Assembly (NCBI GenBank): GCA_964620245.1
Contig: CAZUJC010000006.1
Coordinates: forward strand, 1 to 33,913
DNA from: an uncultured Pseudomonadota bacterium
Lineage (GTDB): Bacteria; Babelota; Babeliae; Babelales; JACPOV01
Reading direction: 5' to 3'
Length of the DNA stretch: 33,913 nt
In this document: positions 1 to 10,052 of the stretch, piece by piece
Layout: each line of letters starts with the position of its first letter
Position numbering within the stretch: the stretch's first letter is position 1
Notes under the pieces: generated by a model
The model's database searches: none
The model's input: the letters and a program-made list of their open reading frames with translations, nothing else
What the model was told of the DNA's origin: nothing
Position numbers and translations under genes: made by a program

Positions 1-46
1 CTCTCTTTTTGCCGTTACACTTGTGTTTAATACACAAGGAGAACGT

Positions 47-1075
47 GTGAAAATTCTTTTTTTTGAACTTGAACCTCAACATGAACAGTTAATGCGCAGT
101 TCATTTCCAACCGATGAACTCTTTTTTTTTAAACAACCGTTAACAATTGATGCAATTCCTTCACAAGCACGCGACGCGGATATTATCAGTATTTTTATTT
201 GTTCGTGCATCACTGCTCAGGTTATAGATAGTTTGCCAAACTTAAAATTAATTGTGACGCGCTCAACCGGTTGTGATCACATTAGTCTGAAAGTTGCAAA
301 CAAAAAAAATATCGTTGTATGCAATGCTCCGACTTATGCTGATATTTCGGTTGCAGAATATACGTTTGCACTTTTACTTTCTCTTTCTCGACACATTAAC
401 AGTGCATGGTTTAGAACCGCACATGAATCATCATTTTCTCTTGATAATTTACGTGGCTTTGATTTGCACGGTAAAACTATCGGTGTCATTGGCACTGGCA
501 ATATTGGAAGCAAAATAATAAGCATCGCCCGCTGCTTTGGCATGAAACCAATTGCCTATGATCTCTACTCAAATAATCAACTTGCTCAAGAACTTGGTTT
601 TACCTATGTTCCCTTTGAACAACTCTTACAACAATCTGATGTTGTTACACTTCACGTTCCGCTCAATAATTCAACGCATCATTTAATTAACAAAAAAAAC
701 ATTTCACAGATAAAAAAAGGTGCTTATTTAATCAACCCAGCGCGTGGTGGCATTGTAGAAACTGAAGCGCTGCTTTTTGGTTTACAAAAAAATATCATTG
801 CTGGTGCAGCGCTCGATGTTCTTGAAGAAGAATGTTTTATACAAGATCCATTATTATTACTCAAAGAAGCACATCCGCAAGAAGAACAACTCAAAATTCT
901 TCTGGAAAATCATGAACTGATTAAACATCCCCGTGTTATTATTACTCCCCATAATGCATTTAATTCTGAACAAGCAATCGAACGACTCTTGAAAACAACA
1001 ATCAATTCAATCGCTTCATTTAAAAATGGCACGTACATAAATCAAGTACGCGTGACAAAAAAACTTAATAAATAA
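47..1075 (+). CDS. D-isomer-specific 2-hydroxyacid dehydrogenase (D-lactate dehydrogenase-like)
   Basis: Rossmann GVIGTGNIG, LINPARG, catalytic ALDVLEEE and TPHNA motifs. The GTG at 47 has AAGGAG at 36-41, so it is preferred over the ORF-track start at 23. Confidence 0.9.
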   Translation: MKILFFELEPQHEQLMRSSFPTDELFFFKQPLTIDAIPSQARDADIISIFICSCITAQVIDSLPNLKLIVTRSTGCDHISLKVANKKNIVVCNAPTYADISVAEYTFALLLSLSRHINSAWFRTAHESSFSLDNLRGFDLHGKTIGVIGTGNIGSKIISIARCFGMKPIAYDLYSNNQLAQELGFTYVPFEQLLQQSDVVTLHVPLNNSTHHLINKKNISQIKKGAYLINPARGGIVETEALLFGLQKNIIAGAALDVLEEECFIQDPLLLLKEAHPQEEQLKILLENHELIKHPRVIITPHNAFNSEQAIERLLKTTINSIASFKNGTYINQVRVTKKLNK

Positions 1076-1089
1076 AGAGAGCTCGAATA

Positions 1090-3768
1090 ATGACGCAACA
1101 ATTTCCTTATCAACAATCAACTGAAACAGTTGAACAACAATTTAAAACAAAAAGCGCAACTGGTTTGACAACAAAAGAAGCGCAAGAGCGGTTACGGTTT
1201 CACGGACTCAATGAATTGGCACACAAAGCGCCACCTTCAATATTACGTATTTTCTTACGACAGTTTGAAAGCCCACTCATTTATGTTTTGTTAATTGCTG
1301 CCGGTATTATTGTTATTCTTGGCAGTGGTCTTGATGCGCTTATTATTAGCATCATTTTATTTTTTAATGCAATTATTGGTACGGTCCAAGAAGGTCGTAC
1401 ACAAATGTTGCTTGAAAGTTTAAAACACTTTTTAAAATCAGATGCGCTTGTTCTACGCGATAACACTGAACAGATTATTTCTAGCACAAGCATTGTACCT
1501 GGCGATGTTATCATTTTACAACAAGGTGAACGCGTACCAGCCGACGCCCGCTTGATTACTGCACATTTGTTACTTGTTGATGAATCAATGCTCACCGGTG
1601 AAACAATCGGTGTGAGAAAATCTGCTGAAATTATTGATCGTGAAGTACCTATTCATGATCAACAAAACATGGTGTTCAAAGGAACCTACGTTCTTTCAGG
1701 TACCGCCAAAGCACTTGTCACCGCAACAGGAATCGAAACGCAAATAGGCCAAATTGGTTCACTTGCACAAACAATCCGTGAAGAAATTCCACTCAAAAAA
1801 GATTTAGATGTTGTTTCGTGGTGGGTGCTTATTTTTATTGCCGCCTCCTGTACATTTTTATTCATTGTTGGTTGGTGGCATGGGCGATCGATTAACGATT
1901 TATTAATCACACTCAGCGCACTTTTTATTTGCGTTGTCCCGGAAGGATTACCAGTTGTTTTCACGCTCACACTCGTCAATGGTGCGTACCGAATGGCAAA
2001 AGAAAATGTTGTGGTGAAACAACTTCATGCAGCTGAAGGCCTTGGCCGCACAACTACCATTGTCATCGATAAAACAGGTACTCTCACTAAAAATGAAATG
2101 ATGGTTACCTCAATTTATTCTGGCGGCAATCTTTACACCGTAACCGGTCAAGGATATCAACCTAAAGGCACTATCGAACTGGATGGGCAATTACTTTCTT
2201 CACTCAAAGAACACCCAACACTTGATCTCATGGCGCAAGCTGCCTCGTTGTTGAATCGAACCAAAATTGAAATAGACCCACAAACCGGTTTGTTTGCTCT
2301 CAAAGGTGATCCAACCCAGGCAGCTTTGAGTGTTGTTTCACAAAAAGCACGTTATGAACAAGCGCAACTAAACACACAATATAGTTTTGTTAACGAAATT
2401 CCATTTCAAGCTGACTTGCGTTATCAATCAGATTTTTATTTGAAAGACAATAAACTGATTGCTTTTATTGTTGCCGCTCCAGAACATGTGATTACCCATT
2501 CTAAAAATATTACTGCTCAGGATAAAGATGCATTTGAAAAACTCCTTGGGCAAGGCTTGCGTGTTATTGGTGCCGCATATAAAGAGTTTGATCCGCATAC
2601 TGTTTCCACAAAAACAACCCCCGAAGAATTTAAACAATTAATTCAAGATGATTTTATTTTTCTTGGGTTTTTTGGTTTACAAGATACCATTCGATCCGAA
2701 GTTCCCAAAATGGTTAAAGATACGCGAGATGCCGGTTTTCGTGTTGTGATGGCAACTGGTGATCACAAAGATACTGCTTTATTTGTTGCGCGCACGGTTG
2801 GTATTTTTAATCCAGGAGATGCGGTAATTGATGGATCTGAAATCAAAACAATGACCGATTCACAATTGCTTGCCGCATTGCCAACTACTACTGTTTTTTC
2901 ACGTCTTTCGCCAGAATACAAATTGCGGCTGATTGATTTATATCACAAAACAGGTGCAATTGTTGCAATGACTGGTGATGGGGTCAACGACGCACCTTCG
3001 CTCGTGGCAGCAGACATTGGCATCGCTATGGGAATTATTGGCACCGAAGTTGCAAAAGAAGTTGCCGATATTATTTTGCTCGATGATTCTTTTGGAAGTA
3101 TTATCAATGCAATCGCCTATAGCCGCCATATGTTTACCACGCTGCGCCGCGTTATTTTATATTTTTTTGCCACTAATTTAGCAGAATTACTACTCATGCT
3201 CACTGCAGTGCTCATCAACTTTCCCGTTTTGCCACTCGTTGCAGTGCAAATTTTTTGGTTAAACTTGATCACTGATGGATTTTTAAATGTTGCTCTGGCC
3301 CTTGAACCTCAAGAAGACAGTGCACTCAATGCCATAAAAACAAACAAACAGCTATCACTTATTGATAAACGGTTGATGATCAAAACATTTTATTTAGCAT
3401 GTGTCATGGCAATTGGTTCATTCGGTGTATTTTGGTACTATGAATCAATTAACATCACGCTTGCACAAACCATGACACTTGTTACGATGGCACTATTTCA
3501 GTGGATGAATGCGTGGAACTGCCGATCTGAAACACGCACCAATTTTCAGCTGGGTATTGCAAGCAATCGTTGGCTTGTAGCAGCAACTATTTTTGTATTG
3601 ATTCTGCAAATAGCGTTGGTTCATGTACCACTTTTTCAACATATTTTTCACACCATGCCGCTGACTCTTTCACAATGGGCTTTGATTTTTGTTCTGACTA
3701 GCTCAATCCTCATTATTGAAGAAATACGTAAATATTTTTTATCCGCTTTTACGCGTGGTCAACGTTGA
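1090..3768 (+). CDS. P-type cation-transporting ATPase (type II, Ca2+-ATPase-like)
   Basis: DESMLTGE, PEGL, phosphorylation motif DKTGTLT, MATGD, TGDGVND, QIFWLNLITDG; about 10 TM segments. Confidence 0.95.
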   Translation: MTQQFPYQQSTETVEQQFKTKSATGLTTKEAQERLRFHGLNELAHKAPPSILRIFLRQFESPLIYVLLIAAGIIVILGSGLDALIISIILFFNAIIGTVQEGRTQMLLESLKHFLKSDALVLRDNTEQIISSTSIVPGDVIILQQGERVPADARLITAHLLLVDESMLTGETIGVRKSAEIIDREVPIHDQQNMVFKGTYVLSGTAKALVTATGIETQIGQIGSLAQTIREEIPLKKDLDVVSWWVLIFIAASCTFLFIVGWWHGRSINDLLITLSALFICVVPEGLPVVFTLTLVNGAYRMAKENVVVKQLHAAEGLGRTTTIVIDKTGTLTKNEMMVTSIYSGGNLYTVTGQGYQPKGTIELDGQLLSSLKEHPTLDLMAQAASLLNRTKIEIDPQTGLFALKGDPTQAALSVVSQKARYEQAQLNTQYSFVNEIPFQADLRYQSDFYLKDNKLIAFIVAAPEHVITHSKNITAQDKDAFEKLLGQGLRVIGAAYKEFDPHTVSTKTTPEEFKQLIQDDFIFLGFFGLQDTIRSEVPKMVKDTRDAGFRVVMATGDHKDTALFVARTVGIFNPGDAVIDGSEIKTMTDSQLLAALPTTTVFSRLSPEYKLRLIDLYHKTGAIVAMTGDGVNDAPSLVAADIGIAMGIIGTEVAKEVADIILLDDSFGSIINAIAYSRHMFTTLRRVILYFFATNLAELLLMLTAVLINFPVLPLVAVQIFWLNLITDGFLNVALALEPQEDSALNAIKTNKQLSLIDKRLMIKTFYLACVMAIGSFGVFWYYESINITLAQTMTLVTMALFQWMNAWNCRSETRTNFQLGIASNRWLVAATIFVLILQIALVHVPLFQHIFHTMPLTLSQWALIFVLTSSILIIEEIRKYFLSAFTRGQR

Positions 3769-3792
3769 CGGAACCAGCAAATGGGCTAGACT
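3765..3792 (+). promoter_or_regulatory. Putative sigma70 promoter for skp-pth
   Basis: TTGACG (3765-3770), 16-bp spacer, TAGACT (3787-3792), about 40 bp upstream of the ATG at 3832. Confidence 0.45.
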
Positions 3793-3831
3793 GGTGGTGT
3801 TAAAAAAAATTATTTGCAAAGGAAGAGGCTC

Positions 3832-4509
3832 ATGAAATTGAACCATCTCACAAAAATTACTCTTTTTTCATTTCTTACTGTTGGTGCACAATTAAATGCA
3901 ATGACTGCAGCACCCGATACACGCAAGGTTGCCGATTTAACCATTGCACAATTGCAAGAAGTTATCCGCACTACCGTAAGTAGCATGTTTGCATTCGTGG
4001 ACCCTTATTTTGTGCTTTCACAAATTGATGAAGTAAAAGATGCCGAAAAGAAATTGAAATCGGATCTTGAACTTAAAGAAAAACAAATTATGGATATTCA
4101 ATACAAAATTAAAGAAAAAGAAGATGAATTGCGCATGAAAGCATCAGCACTCAGCCCCGATGCGCGAGAACGCTACAATGCAGAAATCTTGAGCTTGCGT
4201 GCACAAGGTCAAACTAAATATGAAGGACTGCAAGCATTCGTACAACAAGCGCAACAACAACTTGAAATGGGTTTCCTTAAAAAGATTCAAGAAGCGGCTG
4301 AAGAAATTGCAACCGAAAATAATATGATTCTTGTGTACGGCGCAGGCATCGTTTACGGACATAAAGGCCTCAACATATCTGAAAAAGTCGTTTCTCGACT
4401 CAACAAAAAATATACCGACGAAAAACGTAAATCGACAAAACCTGCAACTCCTGCGCAAACAACCGAACCAAAAAAAGAAGCACCAAAAGCTAATGGCGCC
4501 GCAAAATAA
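3832..4509 (+). CDS. skp: OmpH/Skp family periplasmic chaperone
   Basis: Signal peptide, AFVD..VL N-terminal strand, long coiled coil, and C-terminal 'IQEAAEEIA..NNMILV....IVYG....NISEKVVSRLN' typical of OmpH. The ATG at 3832 follows GGAAGAGG. Confidence 0.8.
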   Translation: MKLNHLTKITLFSFLTVGAQLNAMTAAPDTRKVADLTIAQLQEVIRTTVSSMFAFVDPYFVLSQIDEVKDAEKKLKSDLELKEKQIMDIQYKIKEKEDELRMKASALSPDARERYNAEILSLRAQGQTKYEGLQAFVQQAQQQLEMGFLKKIQEAAEEIATENNMILVYGAGIVYGHKGLNISEKVVSRLNKKYTDEKRKSTKPATPAQTTEPKKEAPKANGAAK

Positions 4510-5023
4510 AATTAGTGCACTTATTGGGCTTGGCAATCCAGGCCCAAAATTTGTTTATACTCGACACAACATTGGTTTTCGTGTGCTCGATGCTTTAGCT
4601 GAAAAATATCACGCTTCGTGGCATACCAAGGGCAACGCTGAAATTGCACACACTGCCATCAACGATCGTACGATTTTACTTGTCAAACCAGTTACGTTTA
4701 TGAACTCATCTGGTCAAGCGTTGCCGCAGCTGGCAAAACAGGGAATCAAAAAAGAAAATATTCTGGTGGTGCATGACGAACTTGAACTGCCATTTGGTAA
4801 ATTAAAAGTACGCACTGGCGGCAGCGCAAAAGGCCACAATGGATTGCGTTCAATCATCGAAACAATCGGCCCTGAGTTCATGCGATTATCGGTCGGCATC
4901 GATCGCCCTTTAAATCGCGAAGAAGTTCCCGATTATGTTCTTTCGCGGTTCCGCGAAAATGAACAGCAAGTTGACCAGATGATCCAAGAAGCAGTTGTTG
5001 AATTAGAAAAAATCATTTCTTAA
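4493..5023 (+). CDS. pth: Peptidyl-tRNA hydrolase
   Basis: GLGNPG, TRHNIGF, KPVTFMNSSG, VVHDELE, GHNGLRS. Likely start is the ATG at 4493, overlapping the end of skp. Confidence 0.96.
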   Translation: MAPQNKISALIGLGNPGPKFVYTRHNIGFRVLDALAEKYHASWHTKGNAEIAHTAINDRTILLVKPVTFMNSSGQALPQLAKQGIKKENILVVHDELELPFGKLKVRTGGSAKGHNGLRSIIETIGPEFMRLSVGIDRPLNREEVPDYVLSRFRENEQQVDQMIQEAVVELEKIIS

Positions 5024-5051
5024 TTTCTTTTTTTATATTTCTTCATTCAAT

Positions 5052-5079
5052 TTGAAACCTTCTCCAGATTTGCTATTCT
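5052..5079 (+). promoter_or_regulatory. Putative sigma70 promoter with extended -10 for the WD40 gene
   Basis: TTGAAA (5052-5057), 16-bp spacer, TGcTATTCT (5071-5079). Confidence 0.4.
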
Positions 5080-5130
5080 TTAATTTGAACACACAAATCA
5101 ATGCTGATTTCCACTAAAGAAATGTTTCAA

Positions 5131-6861
5131 ATGAATATACTCTTTTTTCTCATTATTTTTTTTGCACCACTGCTCAATGCAATGGGAAAAAATAATTTCA
5201 AAATTGTATGCGAGAACCATGATGAATTAATTATCAATAAAGAAAAATGGGAACTGCTACGCACAAAATCTGCAACAATCAAAAACATGTTTAAAGATTT
5301 AGAACATTCCAATTGCAGTAACCAATTAGAATTGCCTATTGCAAAAAAAGACATGGAGGCAATTATTTATTGTTTGCCATACTTGCGCACTAATGAAGAA
5401 TTAATTTCTTATCTTAAGACATTGTCTCCGCAAGAAATCGTATCGCATTTCGTTTCACCTCTTTCCGAACCCAAAACAGCACAACATTTGAATTGGGCAA
5501 TGCGTATCAAGTTTTCTGAGAACCCGCATACATTATGCCATGATTTTTTGAAAGAGCATTTGCAAGATCTTCAATCCACAAATAATTTGCACATTCTACA
5601 AAAGATAGATGAATTAAAAACTCAAATTAATTTGTTATCAGTTGATCAGATTGCTTCATTTCTTAATGCATCCGATTTTTTGGAAATTAAAAAATTCAAT
5701 ACAATCGGAACAAAACTTTATGCACAAAAAATAGTAGCATTGGAAGAACTCAAAAAATTCACTCAAGGCAATGCAATACTCCCCTATCTAAATACAAACA
5801 TTGATCGATTAATTGCTAAGAAAATTGTAAAAAATCATCCTAATCTGCTAGCCAATTTATGCAAACACATTCCGGTTCCTAACAAGATACTCACTGGTAA
5901 CACTAGTAATGTTATACCAATTGCATGGAGTCCTGATGGAACAATGCTTGCAGGCGGTTGTTCGGATGGCGCGGTATATTTATGGGATAAAACAACTGCT
6001 AAAGTTATTAACAGAATCATTGGTCATACTGAGCATGTGAATTCAATTGCATGGAGTCCTGATGGCTCCATGATTGCGAGTGGTTCTCAAGATAAGACAA
6101 TTCGGTTATGGGATTCAAAAACTGGTAATCTGTCAAGAATCATTGAGCATAAAGAATACATTCATGATGTTGAATTCTGCCCTGATGGCACAACGCTTGT
6201 AAGCCGCAGTAATTTTAGCTCTCCATGTTTATGGGATTTAAAAACAGGTCACTTCTTAAAGGAACTCGAGTACCATAATTTCGGTTCGTTAATTCACCGG
6301 CAGGAAGAATCATTAAGTTCTGATGGTACGATGAAGGTGCATAGCTCAAATAAAGGTCTCTATTTATCGAATACAAAAACGCATAAATTTACAAAAAAAC
6401 TTCCTGACGACCATTGTTGGTCAGTAGCAATGAGTCCCGATGACAAATCGTTTGCAAGTAGTTCTAATGATACCAAAGTATACGTATGGGATATAAGATT
6501 GTTTAATAAACTGCAGCATTATCTACTGAATGAACTCACAGTGCAGCAAGCTCTTGGATTAATTCATTTCGTACAGCAATGGGCAAAACTTGATATTACC
6601 GACAACCAACTCTTGCAACGTATAACAGCATCACTCGACCATGAGGTGCAAGATATTTTAGTTGAACACTACATTCATACCACACCACACATAAAAATGA
6701 TTAATACGATAAAAAGCTTGTATAAGAAAAATTTAATAAATTCACTTGTTTCTGGAAGCAATGCATCATTTTCTTATCCAGGATACACAAATGGATTGAC
6801 TGAGTTTAAAAAAAATATGCAAATAAGCACAGTGAAAACAGAAGAATCCACAATCGATTAA
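5131..6861 (+). CDS. Secreted Skp1/BTB-like domain + WD40 repeat protein
   Basis: Signal peptide MNILFFLIIFFAPLLNA (alternative start 5101). Skp1-like segments SATIKNMFKDLE and VDQIASFLNASDFLEIKKF. About 5 WD40 repeats (GHTEHVNSIAWSPDG...SGSQDKTIRLWD). Confidence 0.8.
   Translation: MNILFFLIIFFAPLLNAMGKNNFKIVCENHDELIINKEKWELLRTKSATIKNMFKDLEHSNCSNQLELPIAKKDMEAIIYCLPYLRTNEELISYLKTLSPQEIVSHFVSPLSEPKTAQHLNWAMRIKFSENPHTLCHDFLKEHLQDLQSTNNLHILQKIDELKTQINLLSVDQIASFLNASDFLEIKKFNTIGTKLYAQKIVALEELKKFTQGNAILPYLNTNIDRLIAKKIVKNHPNLLANLCKHIPVPNKILTGNTSNVIPIAWSPDGTMLAGGCSDGAVYLWDKTTAKVINRIIGHTEHVNSIAWSPDGSMIASGSQDKTIRLWDSKTGNLSRIIEHKEYIHDVEFCPDGTTLVSRSNFSSPCLWDLKTGHFLKELEYHNFGSLIHRQEESLSSDGTMKVHSSNKGLYLSNTKTHKFTKKLPDDHCWSVAMSPDDKSFASSSNDTKVYVWDIRLFNKLQHYLLNELTVQQALGLIHFVQQWAKLDITDNQLLQRITASLDHEVQDILVEHYIHTTPHIKMINTIKSLYKKNLINSLVSGSNASFSYPGYTNGLTEFKKNMQISTVKTEESTID
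5918..6065 (+). repeat. 22-bp exact direct repeat inside adjacent WD40 repeats
   Basis: CAATTGCATGGAGTCCTGATGG at 5918-5939 and 6044-6065, 126 bp (42 codons) apart. Confidence 0.85.
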
Positions 6862-6862
6862 T

Positions 6863-9454
6863 TTATTGATTTTCAATCAACGTTTTTAATTGATTCATCA
6901 ACTTATGCGGTTCAACAGCAGGTCCGCCACCTTGCAGCAAATCTGCTTTACCACCACCGAAAAGCCCAAAATTTGTTTTAAGCCATGTGCTCAATTCTTT
7001 TGAGTTGATGTTCGTTTTAATTGTTGGTGACAACAATGTAACAAATGAAGATTGATTACCGTTCACATTGAGCACAAAATAAAAACCTGGTTGCGTTTTT
7101 GCAAGCTCTTGCGCAATGTCACGCAATTCATCCACCGAATAATCGGTAAACGATAAAAAGAGAAATGGCACATCATTGATTTTTTCAATGCGTGAACGCC
7201 ATTGTGGCAGCTGGAAATGCCAGAGATTTTTTTTGAGTTGTCGAATGGTGTCATGTGCTGTTTTGAGTTGTTCACGTTGTTTTGTAACTGCCTGTTCAAC
7301 GTGATCAACTGGCACTTTAAAATCGGTGCTTAATTGTTTCATTGTTGCATAATTGTGTTGAAACAGTTCGATCGCTTGAGGTCCAGTAAGCGCAACAATT
7401 CGTTTTTGCCCTGCTGACAGTGCCGTAAGTTCGGTAATTTTAAAACAACCAATATCGCCCGTTGCACGAACATGAGTGCCTCCGCACAGTTCAGCAGAAA
7501 AACCGGGCACATCAACAACGCGTACTTTTTCTGGATTATATTTTTCACCAAAAATTGCCATCACGCCACGTTCAGTTGCTGCTTTGTAACTTGTTTGCGT
7601 GGTACTGACCGGAATATTTTCACGAATTTTTTCATTAACCAGATCTTCGATCTGTTTTATTTGTTCGTTGCTCACCAGTTTGTGGTACGTAAAATCAAAA
7701 CGTAAATAATCGGGTGCTACCAGCGAACCTGCTTGACGCACTTCGTTGCCCAGAATTTTGATTAACGCTGCTTGCAGCAAATGGGTCGCGGTGTGATTGT
7801 ACATGGTGTTTAAACGCAACTGTTTATCAACCGTGCACACAACTTCGTCACCAATTTTAAGCGCTACTGGTGCTTTGATTTGTGCAGCAATTATTTCATT
7901 GAATCGTTTCAATTTTAATACGGGAACTGTAGTGCCCTGAATTTCGATTGAACCTTGATCACTGATTTGGCCACCACGTTCAACATAAAATGGCGTTTGA
8001 GCCGTAATTACCCAGCACTCAATGCCTGCTTTAATTTCTTTTACTTCTTGATTATTTTCAACAAGCGCAACAATGTTGGTTTTTGTTTGCATTTCATCGT
8101 AACCGGTAAATACCGATTTTATCGATTCAGCTAAGTGCACATCGTGCGTTTGTTCTTCTTTTTTTCCTGATCGTTCTCGTTGCACATTCATTTCTTGCTC
8201 AAAACCAGGAATATCAACTTCAAATCCACGTTCATGCGCAATAATGCGCGTAATTTCGAGTGGGAAACCGTAGGTGTCATAGAGTTTGAATGCAAACGAA
8301 CCGGAGACCGTATCTTTATTTTCTTTAAAATATTTTTCTAAAATGAGTTGGCCTTGCACCAAGTTATTTGCAAATTTTTCAACTTCGCTCGTGAGCAGTG
8401 CAACAATGCGTTCGCGATGTTTTTGCAATTCAGGATACATAGTTCCCATGTCTTCAATGACTGCATCAACAAGCTGCGGAAAAATAGGCTCAGGAGTTAA
8501 TTTTTTTGAAAAGAGTGCAGCACGACGAATCACTTTACGCAGTACATAACCACGCCCTTCATTTGACGGTGTCGCACCATCGGCAATTAAAAAAGTCGAT
8601 GCACGAATATGATCAGCAAGCACATGAAATGCTGCGCGGTTCTCTTTATTTTCTTTTGCATAGATGCGATTGGTTAATTGTTCAATTCGTTTAATCACAT
8701 GCGCAAAAACATCGGTTTCAAAAACGTTGTTTTTTCCTTCAACAAGGAGCGCTAATCGTTCAAGGCCCATGCCGGTATCAACACCAACCGCTTTGAGCGG
8801 CTTATCGGTGCCATCTGGTTGGCGATCATATTGCATGAACACCAAATTCCACACTTCTAAATAGCGGTCGCATGAACACCCAGGAGCGCAGGTTGGTTTA
8901 CCACAACCGTAAGTAGCACCACGATCAATGTAAATTTCAGAACACGGGCCACACGGACCTGTTTCACCCATTTGCCAGAAATTGTCAGCTTCACCAAGGC
9001 GATGAATTCGTTCTTTAGGCAACCCAATTTCTTTGTTCCAAATATCAAACGATTCATCATCTTTATAAAAAACTGAAGCGTGCATTACTTCAGGCTTAAA
9101 TTTCATCGCATCGGTTAAAAATTGCCATGCAAACAAAATCGCTTCTTTTTTAAAATAGTCACCAAATGAAAAATTGCCCATCATTTCAAAAAAAGTCAGA
9201 TGGCGCGCCGTAAAACCAACATTATCAAGATCGTTATGTTTGCCACCTGCGCGCATACATTTTTGAATGCTCACCGCTCGCTTGTAGCTTCGTGTTTCTT
9301 TACCCAAAAAAACATCTTTAAATTGGTTCATGCCCGCATTGGTGAATAGAATGGTAGGATCTTGTGCAGGAATAAGTGATGAACTTGCCACTTTTTCATG
9401 GCCACGGCTCGTAAAAAAATCGAAAAATTTCTGACGAATTTCAAGCGATTTCAT
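6863..9454 (-). CDS. alaS: Alanine--tRNA ligase
   Basis: LFTNAGMNQFK, HLTFFEMMGNFSFGDYFK, GPCGPCSE, DTGMGLERL, editing motifs HTATH and ELCGGTH, C-Ala domain. Confidence 0.99.
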   Translation of the reverse strand: MKSLEIRQKFFDFFTSRGHEKVASSSLIPAQDPTILFTNAGMNQFKDVFLGKETRSYKRAVSIQKCMRAGGKHNDLDNVGFTARHLTFFEMMGNFSFGDYFKKEAILFAWQFLTDAMKFKPEVMHASVFYKDDESFDIWNKEIGLPKERIHRLGEADNFWQMGETGPCGPCSEIYIDRGATYGCGKPTCAPGCSCDRYLEVWNLVFMQYDRQPDGTDKPLKAVGVDTGMGLERLALLVEGKNNVFETDVFAHVIKRIEQLTNRIYAKENKENRAAFHVLADHIRASTFLIADGATPSNEGRGYVLRKVIRRAALFSKKLTPEPIFPQLVDAVIEDMGTMYPELQKHRERIVALLTSEVEKFANNLVQGQLILEKYFKENKDTVSGSFAFKLYDTYGFPLEITRIIAHERGFEVDIPGFEQEMNVQRERSGKKEEQTHDVHLAESIKSVFTGYDEMQTKTNIVALVENNQEVKEIKAGIECWVITAQTPFYVERGGQISDQGSIEIQGTTVPVLKLKRFNEIIAAQIKAPVALKIGDEVVCTVDKQLRLNTMYNHTATHLLQAALIKILGNEVRQAGSLVAPDYLRFDFTYHKLVSNEQIKQIEDLVNEKIRENIPVSTTQTSYKAATERGVMAIFGEKYNPEKVRVVDVPGFSAELCGGTHVRATGDIGCFKITELTALSAGQKRIVALTGPQAIELFQHNYATMKQLSTDFKVPVDHVEQAVTKQREQLKTAHDTIRQLKKNLWHFQLPQWRSRIEKINDVPFLFLSFTDYSVDELRDIAQELAKTQPGFYFVLNVNGNQSSFVTLLSPTIKTNINSKELSTWLKTNFGLFGGGKADLLQGGGPAVEPHKLMNQLKTLIENQ

Positions 9455-9537
9455 TTTTCAAAGTTCCTTTTGAAGCGAACAAATAAACCAATGCTTTTTT
9501 TAGATTAGCACAAATGCACCAGTTCATCTAGCACGCT

Positions 9538-10050
9538 TTACGCATCCAAAAACGCAAAAAGTGGCTTTAGTTGCCGGTAAATTTCATGCAAATCAACACC
9601 CACTTGCTTTGTGTCAGCAATCAAGGGCATAAAATTGGTGTCTCCGGTCCAACGCGGCAAAACATGCAAATGAAAATGCGCTGGAATTCCAGCGCCTGCA
9701 GCTTTTCCTAAATTAGCACCAATATTAATACCTTCTGCTTTAAGTTCTTTTTTTAAAATCGTTGTTGCTTGAGCCATAAGCTCAATGAGCTCCGCGCGTT
9801 GTTCGGGCAAAAAATCCTCAATCGATGGAAGATGCTGATTAGAAACAATCAAAAGATGCCCGCCGTTATAGGGATACAAATTGAGCATCACAAAAAAGTG
9901 CTTCGCGCGTGCTAAAATAAAATAGTTTTCATCATTATTTGCTTCAAGCTGCTCACAAAAAACACATTCTTGCGTGTGCGCTTTTTCATCTTTACCATTG
10001 TGCACACCACGTACATAGTTGGTTCGCCACGGAGCATAAAGTCGATTCAT
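9538..10050 (-). CDS. HIT family hydrolase/phosphorylase (FHIT / Ap4A phosphorylase-like)
   Basis: LYAPWR N-terminus, CVFC, NLYPYNGGH, histidine triad HFHLHVLPRW.GD.NF. Start at ATG 10050, 2 bp after the upstream stop. Confidence 0.92.
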   Translation of the reverse strand: MNRLYAPWRTNYVRGVHNGKDEKAHTQECVFCEQLEANNDENYFILARAKHFFVMLNLYPYNGGHLLIVSNQHLPSIEDFLPEQRAELIELMAQATTILKKELKAEGINIGANLGKAAGAGIPAHFHLHVLPRWTGDTNFMPLIADTKQVGVDLHEIYRQLKPLFAFLDA

Positions 10051-10052
10051 TT

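Noticed and set aside
4331-4492. N-terminal extension of Pth in the ORF track
   Set aside because: It overlaps skp in another frame; Pth homology starts at MAPQNKISALIGLGNPG (4493).
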